From: Octopus sinensis
Lineage: Eukaryota
DNA length: 64,000 nucleotides
Assembly: GCF_006345805.1 (NCBI RefSeq)
Contig: NC_042998.1
Span: forward strand, 99,138,001 to 99,202,000
Direction of reading: 5' to 3'
The notes below the pieces were generated by a model. It was not told the DNA's origin. It was given only the letters and a program-made list of their open reading frames with translations, and made no database searches. Positions 27,400 to 41,600 of this stretch are shown here, one piece after another; position 1 is the first letter of the stretch, and the number at the start of each line of letters is the position of its first letter. The translations under genes were made by a program, and so were the position numbers.

Positions 27400-28600
27400 G
27401 AGTAACTGTAAAAGATGATACTTTAACAGAGCAAATCTAGAGTTGTCAAGCTTTTGGAAGAACTTCAACTGAAAGTTTTAACAATGCCACATTGTCAAGC
27501 ATATTCCTTAAATGTGATTATAAAGGAAGCTACAATATCTCTCATGAGGGGAGTTGTTACTCTAATCAAGTATACATTCAAGATGGAGAATTTACATGGT
27601 AAGGTGTAATAAAACAGATGAATCTGAAAGCAAATTGATGTTTAGTAGTATCCTAACTTTGTGTGGAACTAGAACAGTACTTGCTGCTTGTTTTCTATAA
27701 ATTCTTGATAATTATACAGTTTTATTTAAGTGCTGGCAAGGAAGTGGACAATCACAATTGGAAGCTGATATTCAGAGCCATATAATTAGATCCTAAACTC
27801 AAATGAAGATGTTAATTTCTCTTGTAGGCAAAATTTTAATCAGCTTTTAGTCTTGCACATAGACAATTTGTCAAAGTCACTGTAAGCAGCTAAAATGCTA
27901 TAAACAGGTGAATTGGGAATAGCTGAAATTATTAAATGACATCATGAAAAATATGAGGAATGAAGATCTATTCAATACTTGATGATATTTTGCAGAAAAT
28001 GGGGACACATTATTCTGTCTCAGAATCTGTATTACTACATTAGTAAAAGACCTCTAGAAAAATTGAAATAAAATTGAAGAACATGAATTTTCATTGATAT
28101 GATGCACCTGTTATAAATATGTTTTAAGATTGTATATTCAAAGCTGGAGATATTGCTTTTAAAGTCAATCAACAAAGAAACTAGCTCTTCAGAAATCAAT
28201 TTCTGATAAAGGGAAGATATGTTGACATTGACATTAATTCTTTGATTGCTCAGCTTCTGACTGACATTATAGACCACTTGAATGAATAAACAGCTGATGG
28301 CAAACACCTAATATCAGATATTTATACAATTTTCCAACTTTCACAAGCACATCCTACAACATCTGCTAAATTAACTAAACATTTTCTTTAACAAAACAAT
28401 AAATGACATGCCTCTGGTCAAGAATGACACAAGAACAATTAAATTCTTTGGTTTGTATCACAAAGACCAGACAGCTAAAATGCATTTAATTGCAGTCACA
28501 GCTGAATTTGCATCTTGAAATGTGACTAGGCAAAAGAATTTTATTTGATTCTGATTGATGAGAAATTGAATTGAATAATCATTTACAATTATGACTGTTT
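27400..28600 (+). mobile_element. Possible heavily decayed hAT-type transposase remnant
   Basis: Coding-like composition; ISDIYTIFQLSQAHPTTSA near 28310-28370 resembles the hAT dimerisation region; no continuous frame. Confidence 0.3.
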
Positions 28601-29416
28601 TTCACTCATAGAATGACATCCAATAATGGATATTTTAATCAATGCTTTCCAAGCCTCCAAGTCACAAAATAATACCGGTTACAACTGCAAAGAAATTATG
28701 TATTTCATCATGTCTGTGGTTTACATTTGATGCCATCTTTTAACTTTAGTTTTCATTTAAACAAATCTAAAACCATGTACATTAGCCAATAATTTAATTG
28801 TCTTTACCATGTGCTAAAATGCTTACATTAATTTTAATAGACACTCTTAAAACAACTTCATAGTGCTTGTATATTTCTTTGTTGTAGAAGTTAGGAAATC
28901 ACCCATTTTGTCCCATTGAGGAGGATATACGAAGTATGAAGATAAATATTACTTCTCATGTTTGTGAGAATGTGTGAATCCTGTGCTGCTCAGAAATTTT
29001 AGACATTGAACATGTTTCTCCTTAACATCACCATTATATAACTTTGATATTTTAAACTATATTACATTGTTGACTTCCATTTAGACTCACATCTTCTGTT
29101 AAGCCTTGCAGGATATTAGCCATGGAGTGATTTTTTTCTCTCCTTTTCTTCTTTAGTATGTTTTGTAGTTCTGTTTTCATGTGGAGTAGTTTTTTTTTTT
29201 TATTATTTCTGTTGCTTGTCATTGGGGTTCTAGTTTTTCTTCTTTTAGTTTTGTTTCCATTCCTAGCCAATTGTCTTCTTAATACCTAGGGCAAAGGAAT
29301 TCACTGTATACACTGATAGGCCATTAAACTAAATATACCAAATTGTTAATTTACAAAATGAAATGAAGCTATGTGAAAAAACTAGTAATAATAAAACACA
29401 TAGGTAGAAGCCATTC

Positions 29417-30052
29417 TCACATCAACAATGCTCTTCTCAATATGTGTGACGTACCAGTTAAAATAATCTTTTGCACTTCTTGTATGGATGGTAAGCCAGG
29501 GATCATTCTCAAATACTTTTTAGTTCCGTTTTTTATCATTCCAAGTGCTCCTACATTTACTGGTATTGTAACCACCTTGAAATGCCACATTTTTTTGATT
29601 TCAATGAGCAAATCTTTTTATTTTCTGAGCTTGTCAAATTCTTTTGCCAAGATATTATGATCACAAGGAATACTCAATTTAATCAATAAACAAACTTTAT
29701 TGTTTTAATCTTTGGAAACAATACCTGGTTTATTAGCTGTGATAGTTTTGTCTGTATGTACTGGAAAGTCTCAAAGAATTGTTACATTTTCTCCCTCAGT
29801 TACAGCCACAAGGCATTGATTATACCACTTGTCAACAGTTTTGATTTTATAATGTAAACATATTAACCAGTGTAGATGTTGGCCAACTTTGTCATGTCTT
29901 GATTTATACTCCTCTGGTGCTAAACTTTATATCCAGAAATTAGGCAGTTCACTGTTTCAATCACATCATTGCAGAATCAGCATTTTGCATCTATTCCATT
30001 TTTGATAACATCGGTGTGGTAGTTCTGGGTCAATAAGCTTTGATCCTGAGTT
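29417..30052 (-). mobile_element. R4/Dong-like non-LTR retrotransposon C-terminus (zinc knuckle + restriction-like endonuclease)
   Basis: QDQSLLTQNY..RHDKVGQHLHW..DFPVHTDKTITANKP..EIKKMW..IPVNVGALG..QKIILTGTSHILRRAL*. Confidence 0.82.
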
Positions 30053-30957
30053 GTTTTTCATTTTGATTGTGTCAATGCTTTATATCCACCAAAAGAAGGA
30101 AAGTATTCAATAAAAAATTGATGAGAGCCAAATTGTATAGTAGTGCTTATATTTCTTACTGAATTTAAAATAACTTATATTTTATATATTATTTTGAGCC
30201 TGTTTGTCTTAAAAGACAAAATTATTCTTAAGATTTAAGCCAAAATTAAAATTTTAAAAACCATTGCTAGTTGCTAGTAGACAAACAATGTATATTTTTG
30301 GTTGAAGATAGGTGCAAGAAATGCCTTCACAGGCATCATGGCACCTGTCAATTATACGTTAGATATTCTTGAGTGTAAACTATATTTAACCCATTAGCAT
30401 TTAAACCAGCCATATATAGCCAAAATAATCTACCTGTTTTATCTTCAAACTGGCCAGATCCAGCCTCACACACTAACCTTACAATATTATTCTGATGTGA
30501 TTCTAACAATCATGCCATTGAAATCTCACAGCTCCATGGTAAGGCATGACTAAGTCAAATCAATCTGAATAAATAAGCATTACATTTGACAGAGAAATCT
30601 GAATGCTAGAGACATCAGCAAAACACTTCTGAAATGGTTTGCTCAATCTACTTTGTCTTATAGGTCCACTTGGTAAGAAGAAAGCGATGCTTTTATTTTT
30701 TTTTATTATCATTATTATTTTTTTATTTATATCTTTTATTGGTTTGGTCTGAAGGAAAAGGCTGTGCTTATGGTCTATGCTGGCCCTCTGAGACCAGTGA
30801 GCTTCCTGCTGTTAACTTCCACTTGAACTGTTGGAAGTCAATGACGACAAGAAAAACATGCTATGCAACAAGTGTAACAAGATTTTCTTATATTTCTATG
30901 CAAATATAAATGTTTCAAAACCTCTTTCTGATGAGTGATTAATAATTTTTACTTTAG

Positions 30958-31049
30958 AACCCCTAGAGCTCTACCAGGAAATGCTCGACACTATACAAAT
31001 GTTAATAAAAAAAGGAAAAAATTTAAAAGCTGATGGAAATACAGAACTG
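30958..31049 (+). CDS. Probable exon of the FAM228-like gene (phase 1/0), PLELYQEMLDTIQMLIKKGKNLKADGNTEL
   Basis: Acceptor ttttactttag, donor ctg|gtaaaa; in frame with exon 32654. Confidence 0.6.
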
Positions 31050-32653
31050 GTAAAATATCTCATAGTGTTTTCTTTTTTCCTTCTTTTATCCAAAGGTTGA
31101 TTTTACTTTTTAACCTTTTGTGGTTGATTAAGGCAGTGAGCTGGCAGAATGGTTAGCATGCCAGGTGAAAAGCTTTGCAGCATTTCGTCCATCTTTACAT
31201 TCTGTGTTCAAATTCTGCCAGAGTCAACTTTGTCTTTTATTCTTTCAGGTTCAATAAAATAAGTACCATTTGATCACTGGAGTCAGTTTAATCTTCCAAA
31301 GCTGCTGGCCTTGTGCCAAAATTTGAAATCTTCTGTGGTTAATGAAATTAAGTCCTAATCATTTGCACTTATTGTTATTGTTCAACTCCAGACTAGCTCT
31401 AGTCAGACAGAATTGTGATTTGAAGCATTTTTGGACTCACTACTAACTTGACTGCACATTTTTTAAGACAGCTGGTTTAAAGGCGGCAAGCTGGCAGAAA
31501 CATTAGCATGCCGGGCGAAATGCCTAGCGGTATTTTGTCTGCCTTTATGTTCTGAGTTCAAATTCCGCTGAGGTCGACTTTGCCTTTCATTCTTTCAGGG
31601 TCGATAAATTAAGTACCAGTTATGCACTGGGGTCAATGTAATTTACTTAATCTCTTTGTCTGTCCGTAATTGTCCCCTCCATGTTTAGCCCCTTGTGGGC
31701 AATAAAGAAATAAGCAGGTTTATTAGAGTGAGATTTAGCTGCTATTTCTAGCATGTCAATCGAATATGTAAAGGCTCTTCACTAGGTGTTTATCCTCCCT
31801 TGCAGACCGTAGGTCTTGTGTTTTATATAAAGAGTTAGTAAATAATGTAGGAGACATCTAGAAAGAAATTAGTTACCTTACAACTGAATAGGAGGGGAGG
31901 TTAAAAATTACTAAAAAGTTATATCACTGCTTTTATGTATGAACAAACTAATAAATTTTTTATGAATTTGTTTCCAAGAGAAGGAATTTGCACAGCAGTT
32001 AACATGGGTTACTAATAAATATTTAAATAGTGGCTATTAATTTTGAGCTAAAAATGAACTAGAATTTTTCTTTACTTTTGTACTTTTTTTTTTCTGTTTC
32101 TAACTCAAAATCACAACAGAATGAGGAAGTTTGGTCTATTTAATTTGATCAACTTCTATATAATACTGAAAGGCAATTGTGTGCCAGCGATTAGAGCTGT
32201 GAGAAGACCTGTGGGTCACATCATTGCTGGCATTGCACTGTTTCTGTGGCAAAGATTAGTTCTCAATAAATGTCTCCAACTCCAAACATTGAGTGGTACA
32301 TTAGTATTGGTGCTTAACTTAAATTCCATGTGCTGAACATAGAGATTAATTTCTCCTTAGCTAGAATGCCACTTAGATAGGATGTGTCTATACCAAACAT
32401 GAATGTGAAATTATGTTCACAGAATTAAGTGCCTTGTATATAGATAATATCTAAAGAACTTGAAGGTTCCTGTAGGTTGATTTACACTAGGTATACTACA
32501 CGAAGTTTGCAGTGGTGCTCCAGTGATCTATCTATAACATATAATGTTTCTTATTTTTAAAGATGTTGAACTTAGCAGATATTAAAACCTAAAATATCTA
32601 TTCTATATTTTCTTTATTAAAAAGCATCATCTTTTTTATTTTCTTTCTTTCAG

Positions 32654-32725
32654 AAATCTTCAGAGTTCAGAGAATTTAAAGAAACATATGATAATCTTTT
32701 AAAGAAGGAACATGAGATGAAACAG
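32654..32725 (+). CDS. FAM228B: FAM228-family gene exon, KSSEFREFKETYDNLLKKEHEMKQ
   Basis: Strong polypyrimidine acceptor, donor cag|gtaaaa, phase 0/0. Confidence 0.7.
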
Positions 32726-33074
32726 GTAAAACTGACAAGCATTGGAATTTTTTTTTGTTTAATGTGACACTGCTTACTTTGGTCAGCCTATGAGAGAAAA
32801 TAAGTACTGCTTCTATTGTTTGCTTCATTGGTTATTGCTGTGAGAACACATTTTAAAGAATTTGTTTGTCTGAGAAAATTATGTATAATAGACACAGGCA
32901 TGGCTATTGGTACAAGCATGAGTGTGTGGTAATAAACTCGCTTCCCAGTCACATGATTCTTGGTTCACTCCCACTGAGTGGCACCTTGGACAAGTGATTT
33001 CAACTGTAGCCTTAGGCTGACCAAAGCCTTGAGTGGAGTTGGTGGATGGAAACTGAAACAAACCTATCATATAT

Positions 33075-33575
33075 ATGATGCTGAACTGAAAAGTTCATAG
33101 ACTGACCAGAATACTCTCATGGAATGTGACCAAATGCAATTTGTTTTTCAACATACTCCCCTTTATGAACCTCACACTTTTTTTATCAGTGTTGCATTGC
33201 TTAAGTCTCATTGAAGAAGCTTTCATCCTGTTGATCAAAAAACTCCAGCCAAGTGTTTTTGCCTGTTGGGGAACATAATAGTCATATGGGACCAAATAGG
33301 GAGAATATGGATGGTGATCAACCAGTTCAAAATTATAGTCACGTGTAGCAGCCATTGAAGCCAAGCGCTTGCATGCTGGAATATTATCCTGATGAAACAC
33401 GAACCCTTTCATCAGTTTTCCTGAGCATTTGGTCTTGATAGTCTTTGAAAGTGCTTCAGAAAATTGGCATAATACTCTCCACTGATGGTGTGATGCTTTT
33501 GAAAATAGTCAATAAGCACAATGCCTTTTGTTGAAAAAAAAACTGAGGCCACCACCTTCCCTGCATATGAAATTA
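33075..33575 (-). mobile_element. mariner transposase 3' fragment
   Basis: AGKVVASVF..GIVLIDY, FHQDN, HHPYSPYLVPYDYY (YSPDLAPSD-like). Confidence 0.85.
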
Positions 33576-34654
33576 CCCAGCAGAAACAGTGGGAGCAATG
33601 GTGCCAAAATAAGTTAGCCAAGATAAGTGGGGTAGTGTCTGTCACTTTTACCGACTGGTAAGATGGAGGTGCTTGGCATTCATTTTCTTGGGCCTCCACG
33701 ACTAGTGGGAGTAAGAGAAGAAAAGAAGCCAACACTCACAACACTTAGCTTGAATGCTTGAAACAGAATGGACTCTGTTAAAAATATTCAAGAGATATAT
33801 GTTGGTGTTAAAGTTGGCAACAGCTTACTCCTACCCAAAGCCAACTTAGCAGCATTATAGGACCCTGGGCAAATCAATGCACTGGACCCTGCAGTACTTA
33901 TTTATTGACAGCAAACCACAGCATACATAGATCAGGCTCTTGTGCAACTATCCAGTGTACCATACCTTAAGATGGCACTGTGCCTACCCCTACCCTTAGA
34001 ATAGGTACAGTTCATTCAGTGATCTTCCACACAGATTCTGACTTCACAGTTTCCCCTTACAAGTTTTGAGTTAACCTCAGACTATGCTAGAATACACTTA
34101 TATAGGGTTGTGCACAGTGGGATCTAACCCAATCTAGGACCATGTAACTACAAAGGATAAAGCCATGCTTGTACTCACAGAATTGTATGTCCTTTCTATA
34201 TACACAACAAAATATCTGGTTTTGAACTAAAAACTTAATGATCTGGTTATCTAAAACAATACCTAACCAGCTATTTCTTCTTTTCTATGATTTTAGAAAA
34301 GGAATGTGTGTTAATGTTAGCAGTGAGGACAATCAATATGTGTGTGTGTGTGCGTACCTATTTCAGAGAAGGAAGAGATTATAGTTTGTGTCTAACTGAA
34401 GGGAGAAAAAGCTCCCAAGCTGAGCCTTTCATGTAAGTAATGTTGCAGGCCTGAGACTTTGAAATATTGATGTTGGAAATGTCAAGTGCTAAAACATAAT
34501 CCTTATCTTAATATCTAGAATTTACTTGACTTTGTCTATTCAAAGCTTTTGACACTAATTAGTTCTTATTCATTATCTATGTTGATATCTTCTAATAGTA
34601 TAGTTAGTCATTCTCATTTAAATTACATTTATTTTGCTTTCTCTTTCTTACCAG

Positions 34655-34852
34655 GAAATACATTCAAAACTTAATTTCAATGAAATGAAAAAGAAAAAGC
34701 ACCAGGAAAATATTTACAGACAATGGACAAAAAAAGTGTATAATCCTCTGTCTAAAAGACTACAAGAAAATGTTCAATGCTCTCCCTGGTTATTTACATA
34801 TAGCAAGAAACGTGAGGTGTACAAAAATTATTTAAAATATGTTAACACTAAG
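34655..34852 (+). CDS. FAM228B: FAM228-family gene exon, EIHSKLNFNEMKKKKHQENIYRQWTKKVYNPLSKRL...YLKYVNTK
   Basis: Canonical splice sites; from recall, resembles the FAM228 core (LYKRW...V..PLQ..I...FLKHVNKKG). Confidence 0.78.
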
Positions 34853-35277
34853 GTAAGGTATTTGAAGCCATATGTAATTGACTTTTGCTGTTTTACACCA
34901 GTTGGAGCAATTTTTTCTTATATGTAATTGACTGTCTTTTATCATTCAACCATAATTTATGGGTGGATTCTATTATCAGGTGGTTAAACTACATCAAGAA
35001 GTATTAAGTGCGAACCAGAGTTATGGAACTAAGTCATTTTGTATTTCTTTTCTTAGTTCTGTACATAAAACAAATTGGTGTATAATTACATAGGTGATGA
35101 TAATAGATATTTCAATGAGGTTAGTTGACGTCACAAACACTGAACTAAGCTTAGCTGCTTTGCAATATTGAATATTAATAGAATAACACTAACTGACAAA
35201 ATAGTTTAGCTAAAGTGTTTGAAGCAACTTATAGTGTCTATATAGTACATTCTTGTATTTTATAGTTTAATAAAAAA

Positions 35278-35803
35278 CAAGGTGTCCCAGAATTAACTAT
35301 CTATTTCAATGAAATAGGGAAAATTTTTGAAAAACTGACAGAATTTTATGTTTATTACTTAATTATGATACCAAAACAAATAGATTTATAAATCTTATGT
35401 CAAAACTTACTGAAAATTTTGAATATGTGCTGTCTGTACCTCTGCAAATTTCAAATCAATCCTTAATATTGTGAAACACATTTTGAAGCATTTTAGAACT
35501 TATCTCCTGCACTGCTAGCTGAATGCATTCTTTAAGTTCAGCTAAACTATTGCTCCATCCTAGGGATGGATGTAGGGAAAATGATTGCAGCCAAATTGAA
35601 AATAAACAACTGTGGACAGATAATGGGTTCCAACAGGAATGAACATAAAATTATAAAAACAAAAATTATAAAAATTATAGAATTATGAACAGAATTGAAA
35701 ATTTACACACTTTTAATACATATTAAACATGATAAACATAAATATAAATGTTTAAAAAAAAATTGTCCTATTTCACTGAAATAGTTAATTCTGAGAGAGC
35801 GTG
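35278..35803. mobile_element. Tc1/mariner-type MITE
   Basis: Inverted termini CAGAATTAACTAT..TTTCAATGAAATAGG / CCTATTTCACTGAAATAGTTAATTCTG. Confidence 0.65.
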
Positions 35804-36450
35804 TATACATACTTCAAGATTTATCAGTGGGCCTGTTCATCTTTCTATCTCAAGATGGTGCTCATAATATCTAATATTATTTACATTTAAAATCATAGCA
35901 GGTAATACATATATGTGGAGGCACATGGCCCAGTGTTTAGAGCAGTGGACTCACAATCGAGGGATCACAGGTTCAAATCTCAGACCAGGCGATGTGTGTG
36001 TTTATGAGCGAAGCACCTAAGCACCATGCAGCTCTGGCAGAAGGTAATGGTGAACTTCTGCTGACTCTTTCACCACAACTTTCTCTCTCTCTTTCCTCCT
36101 GCATTTAGCAACTCACCTGCAATGGTGAAACCGGGAAACTGGCCCTTATGAACCAGGCATGGCTCGAGAAGGAACAAACAACAATAACAACAATTCATAC
36201 ATAAGTGGAAGCCTTGTGACAATTTTCATTTTCCTTGGTTTCTATTTCATATTCAGTACTTTTCTCTTGGTTCACTTGTTAATAATGGTCATCACCAAAA
36301 GACCCCACTTTTCTTAGTTAAATGCAAATGTTACAGACAGAAAATCAGCACACACTGGTAGGTTTGCTTTGTCATAAGAAGATATAAAATTTATAAAATA
36401 AAGTTGGTTAAACAACATATTTTCAGTTAAACATTTATATTTCCTTCCAG

Positions 36451-36525
36451 GGCTGTGCTTATCTTGATACTGTTGACCCAGAGGAATATTCAATATATCC
36501 CTACCCTAACAAAGTTCCTGCAAAG
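36451..36525 (+). CDS. FAM228B: FAM228-family gene exon, GCAYLDTVDPEEYSIYPYPNKVPAK
   Basis: Acceptor ttccttccag, donor aag|gtaagg; matches the G..F...YDP.EY motif; missed by the ORF track. Confidence 0.78.
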
Positions 36526-36619
36526 GTAAGGCTTTAATTAGAAGAATATTTTACAGTTGAAAATCTATATTGTGGTGAAACTGAATTTTTTAAACTCATT
36601 TATATATATATATTTGACT

Positions 36620-37229
36620 AGGCAAGCCAAGTGAGACCATAACCTTGTGGCCTATGCCAGGGGTGTAATCAGCCCATTTATGCGTACTTTTCCTTCATTG
36701 GACACTAAACTCTGCTTGCGAAGACCTGTTGAGGCAAGTGAAATCAAAATCAAAATCAAATTTGATGACTGGCATCCATGCTAGTGGAGCGCTAAGAGCA
36801 CCATCCAAGCGTGATCATTGCCAGAGCAAAAAACTGGCTTCCATGCCGGTGGTACATAAAAAGCACCATTCGAGTGTGATCATTACCTGCATCGCCTTAC
36901 TGGCACTTGTGCTGGTGGCACGTGAAAAAACATTTGAGCAAGGTCATTGCCAGTGCCGCTGAACTGGCTCCTGTGCAGGTGGCACATAAAAAGCACCATT
37001 GGAAGATGGCCGTTGCCAGTACTGCCTGACAGGCCCTCGTGCTGGTGGCACGTAAAAGCACCCACTACACTCTCGGAGTGGTTGGCGTTAGGAAGGGCAT
37101 CCAGCTATAGAAACTCTGTCAGATCAGACTGGAGCCTGGTGCAGCCGTCTGGTTTGCCAGACCTCAGTCAAATCATCCAACCCATGCTAGCATGGAAAGA
37201 GGACATTAAACGATGATGATGATGATGAT
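36620..37229 (+). mobile_element. RTE LINE 3' UTR-only insertion
   Basis: Colinear with 14608-15273; (GAT)n tail. Confidence 0.9.
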
Positions 37230-37613
37230 ATATATATATATTCAGGTTTTGTTGCAGGGATTGAAACTTGAGCCCATAGCTTTTTTATGTTAGAGATGGA
37301 TATTTAAGTAGAATCACCTGCATGTGTTTTCCTTGAATTCTTATAATTTTTTTATCCTTCTGCATAAATTATATCTTGTTTACTCAAAGAAAAACAAAAT
37401 CAAATGGTACTATACCCCATTTAATTTTATTTCTATAAGTCCTGGATTTTAAATCCCACCAGTGTTGATTATGCCCTCAAGGTTTATACAAATACAAATA
37501 TAAATAATATTTTAGAAGTAACAGTTAAATCCAGTTAAATTGTCCATATATATAATCCCATTATTACAGTCATTTATTCATGATTCGTTTGTGTATTGTA
37601 TTATATATTACAG

Positions 37614-37846
37614 GTTAATGTGACTGAGCCAGATAATCCTCTACACTTCACTTCACAGCAATATGATGAAGAATTGCAAGTGATTCTGTCTCTCTTAACA
37701 GGTAAAAATTACAGTAGGAGTGATATTGTGAATCTCAAGCTGTTCTCTCGTCCTGATAGCTCATCAAGTCGACAGAAGATGGATGCTACAAAATGGTTGC
37801 TAATGCCTGAAAACAACATTTTAAGTACACCACGGACAGCTAGTAG
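37614..37846 (+). CDS. FAM228B: FAM228-family gene exon, VNVTEPDNPLHF...TGKNYS...SRQKMDATKWLLMPENNILSTPRTAS
   Basis: Acceptor ttacag, donor ag|gttagt, phase 0/2; DPL..TGK.YS..SR..W..P pattern of FAM228. Confidence 0.78.
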
Positions 37847-38699
37847 GTTAGTAATGCTTTTTTCATATCTCCTTTATATACTTTCATTCAGTTAAAACTA
37901 ACAGGGCAAAAGTATTTGGACTAGTGAGCAGTGTTATTTAAGACAAAATGGAATGAAATTAAATAATATTATCAACATATAAAGTGTTGCTGTGACCAAA
38001 ATATTAAACTGAGCAGAATACCATATAGTTTTAAGTATTACCCTTTAATATTCTGAGTTCAGTGCTTGCTAGGATTGACCTTACATTCATTGTCTCAAGG
38101 TTTGCTGTTTTTGTTATTGCTATTAATGTTGTTACATAAACCCAGATCAGCCTGATCAAGCAGCCTTAACCACTTTACAACATATACTGTGTGCTTTTTC
38201 TTTTGTGCCACCATAACTAGTGAGGCTACCATACAGCTTGCAAGACTATGAAATCCAAGGGGTCAGAGATGAGGGATTTAAATATGAAAGAAGGGACCAG
38301 AGCAGAACATGTTTTTTGCTATAGAACTACAAGACTACTCGCATTTTAGAGGAGTGGAAAATGATACAATTTTGTGGTGATGAGGTGTCTAGGAGGACCC
38401 TCAAGATATGAGATGAACAGAAATGGGTGGAACAGAAAAACCGGGAGTTAGTTGGAGGTTGCAAGAATCTATACATACAAAAATGGACTTGAATCAAATA
38501 ATTCATACCAAAACAAACTCAACTACAAAATACTTCCAAACAATTATAATAGAAGAACACAGTAAAATAAATGGTAAAACCAAAGGAAACAGTAAAAATC
38601 TACTAAAAGCAAGCTAATATAGCAAGGAAGCTGGTTAATACTAGGCGTATCAACAACTGGAAACCCTCCTTCCCCCAAAAAATAGAATTAGAAAAACAG

Positions 38700-41600
38700 A
38701 GTACAAATGATTCTCAAAATAAAACAAAGTTTTGTTCTGAACATGAAAAAAAGAAAGCACAATAGAAAGATTCCAGGAAATACTGAACCATCTGATCCAA
38801 AAGTAATAAATTTATCATGTGACTTTGTGAAAATGAAGTAAAACTTTTAGAATATGAACTTAAATTTACACCAACTTAGAAAACCTGGCACAATAGATCT
38901 TATAAAAGGTACTGAAGAATTTTGTCTAAAACTTCATCAACTGGAGTTTTTCTAAAAGAAGGATCATGAAGTTCTATCACTTGTGAAAAAGCAAAATGGA
39001 GTTTAAACCTCCAAAGAACAAGAATAAACACTTAGAGGTGTATATAATGTGTCTGAAAAAATCAGTAAACTCAAACATTCCAGAAAATTGTATAAAATCA
39101 AATATTATAAATGAAAAGCATAAAGTATTCAAATGTCTACTGAAAGATTAGCCTATGGTCATTATCTTAATAAAGGGGAAATGATCTTTGAACAACTAAA
39201 TGACCAACATTTCTACAAACAATTAGAAGCTAAAATAAATAAACAATTAAAAACTTGGTGAATTAATGAGCAACTTCAAAAGCAATTTAACCCTTTAGCA
39301 TTCAGATTATTCTGTCAATTGTAATGCTTATTCCTTTACGCTGTTTTGAATTAATCATGCATTATTGTGTAGCTTCAAGATTTTGATGATGTGATTATTT
39401 ATTTTATAATGACATCGTAGGGAAGATGTGTGGTCAAATCTGGTCAGTTTGAACATATACATTCAAGAATTAAGGTGGAGAGGAGGCTCTGCTAGGTTCC
39501 TCACAAGCAAAGAACAAAGATGCAAGATCTTCTGAGCAGGGAACACTGACGGGGTCAGGGGCGTGGTTATACTTCTTGCGGAGAAATGGGTTGATAAGGT
39601 AATCGAGGTAGTCAGAGTCTGTGATAGAATACTTAAGATTAGATTAGTGCTACATTATGGGTTAGCAACCATTATCACGGCATATGCCCCTCAGCTGGGG
39701 CTACCTGATGGACAGAAAGACCAATTTTATGACACCCTCTTGCTGACTAACTTGTCGACGAATGACAGGGACCTTCTCTTTGTGCCTGGTGATTTCAATG
39801 GACATGTTGGACAACTTGCAGGGAACTTCTATGGCATACATGGAGGCTATGGTTTTGGTTCCCACAATGAGGAGGGAACCAGGCTGCTGGAGTTCTGCAA
39901 TGCAAATGATCTTATGGTATGCAATACTAACTTCAGGAAACCTGCCAGTCACCTAGTCACCTACCGATCTGGTAGACACATTAGTCAAATTGACTACATC
40001 CTCACCAGGAAAAATGAAAGATGGCTACTTATAATTGCCAAAACCTTCCCAAGTGAAGAATGTACCCCACAACATAGACTAGTAGTTAGTGACTTCAGGA
40101 TCAGGGCTAAATTGATGCCCAGAAGACAACCAGCATGGAGGAGAAGGGTCTGGAAGCTTAAAGATCCTGAAAATGGACAGAGATTTAGAGACGTATTACT
40201 TGAAGCTTTTGATGAAATAGAGGAGGATATAGCATCACATGACATGGAAGACAACTGGAGGTTTCTACGGGACAACCTGCTGAGGACCACTGACCAGATC
40301 TGTGGATGGTGCAAAGTCCCCTCTCGACCCAAGGTAACGTGGTGCTGGAACAATATTGTTGACAGGGCCATTAGGGAAAAGAAACAGACTTGGAAGGACT
40401 GGAAGAACGGTGGTAGCAGGGAATCATATCTGACTTCCAAAAGGGAAGCTAGGAGGCAAGTTTATTTAACCAATGGGGAAGCAGAGAAGAAAAAGTTTGC
40501 CAATGTTCTGCACCATGAGGACCAAAGACTTGAGGTATTTTGTGCTGCAAGACAGTGTGTGAGAGAGAATTGTGATGTGATAGGAGAGAAATGTGTTTGC
40601 ATGGATAATGGTTCACTTGCATTAAACAAGGCTGGAAAGAGAGAGGTATGGAGACGCTACTATGACAGGTTGTTAAATAAAGAGAATGAATGGGAGAAAG
40701 AGAGACTGCCGAATGCCAACCCAACAGAGGGACCAGCTATCCGAATTGATAGTGCCTTGGTAGATAAAGCAATTAAGGGTATGAAGACAAGGAAAGCCCC
40801 CTGCCCTTCAGGAATCACCGCAAAGATGCTCAAAATATCTGGCAGTATCGGCTATAGCCTAGTCACCTGTATAGTCAATCAGGTAATACATGAAGGTGTC
40901 ATACCCAATGACTGGTGTAGCACCGTAGTCAGCTGCTACAAAGATAAAGGTGATGCATTAGATGCAAATAATTACAGAGGTATCAAGCTGTTGGATCTGG
41001 TAATGAAGGTCATGGAGAGGGTCATAGCCCAACAAATTAGGGAGAGAGTCAGTTTAGATGAGATGCAGCTTGGGTTCGTGCCAGGGAAAAGCACCACTGA
41101 TGCTATATTTCTGGTAAGTCAGCTGCAGGAGAAATACCTAGCCAAAGATAACCCTCTGTACCTGGCTTTCGTTGACATGGAGAAAGCCTTTGACAGGGTC
41201 CCCCGATCCCTTATCTGGTGGTCAATGAGGAAACTAGGAATAGATAAATGGTTAGTGAGAACTGTGCAAGCCACGTACAGGGATGCTGTCAGTAAGTTGA
41301 GGGGAGGGTTGGCAATGATTACAGTGAAGAATTCCAGGTAGAGGTAGGGGTCCACCAAGGTTCAGTCCTCAGCTCTCTCCTATTTATCATAGTCCTACAG
41401 GAAATAACAGAGGAATTCAAGACAGGATGCCCCTGGGAGCTCTTCTATGCTGATGACCTTGCTCTTATTGCTGAGTCACTATCAGAACTAGAGAAGTTTC
41501 AGGTGTGGAAGCAAGGATTAGAATCGAAGGGACTTAGAGTCAACCTAGCTAAAACCAAAGTCTTAATAAGTAGGAGGGTAGACAAACCACAAATCCCTTC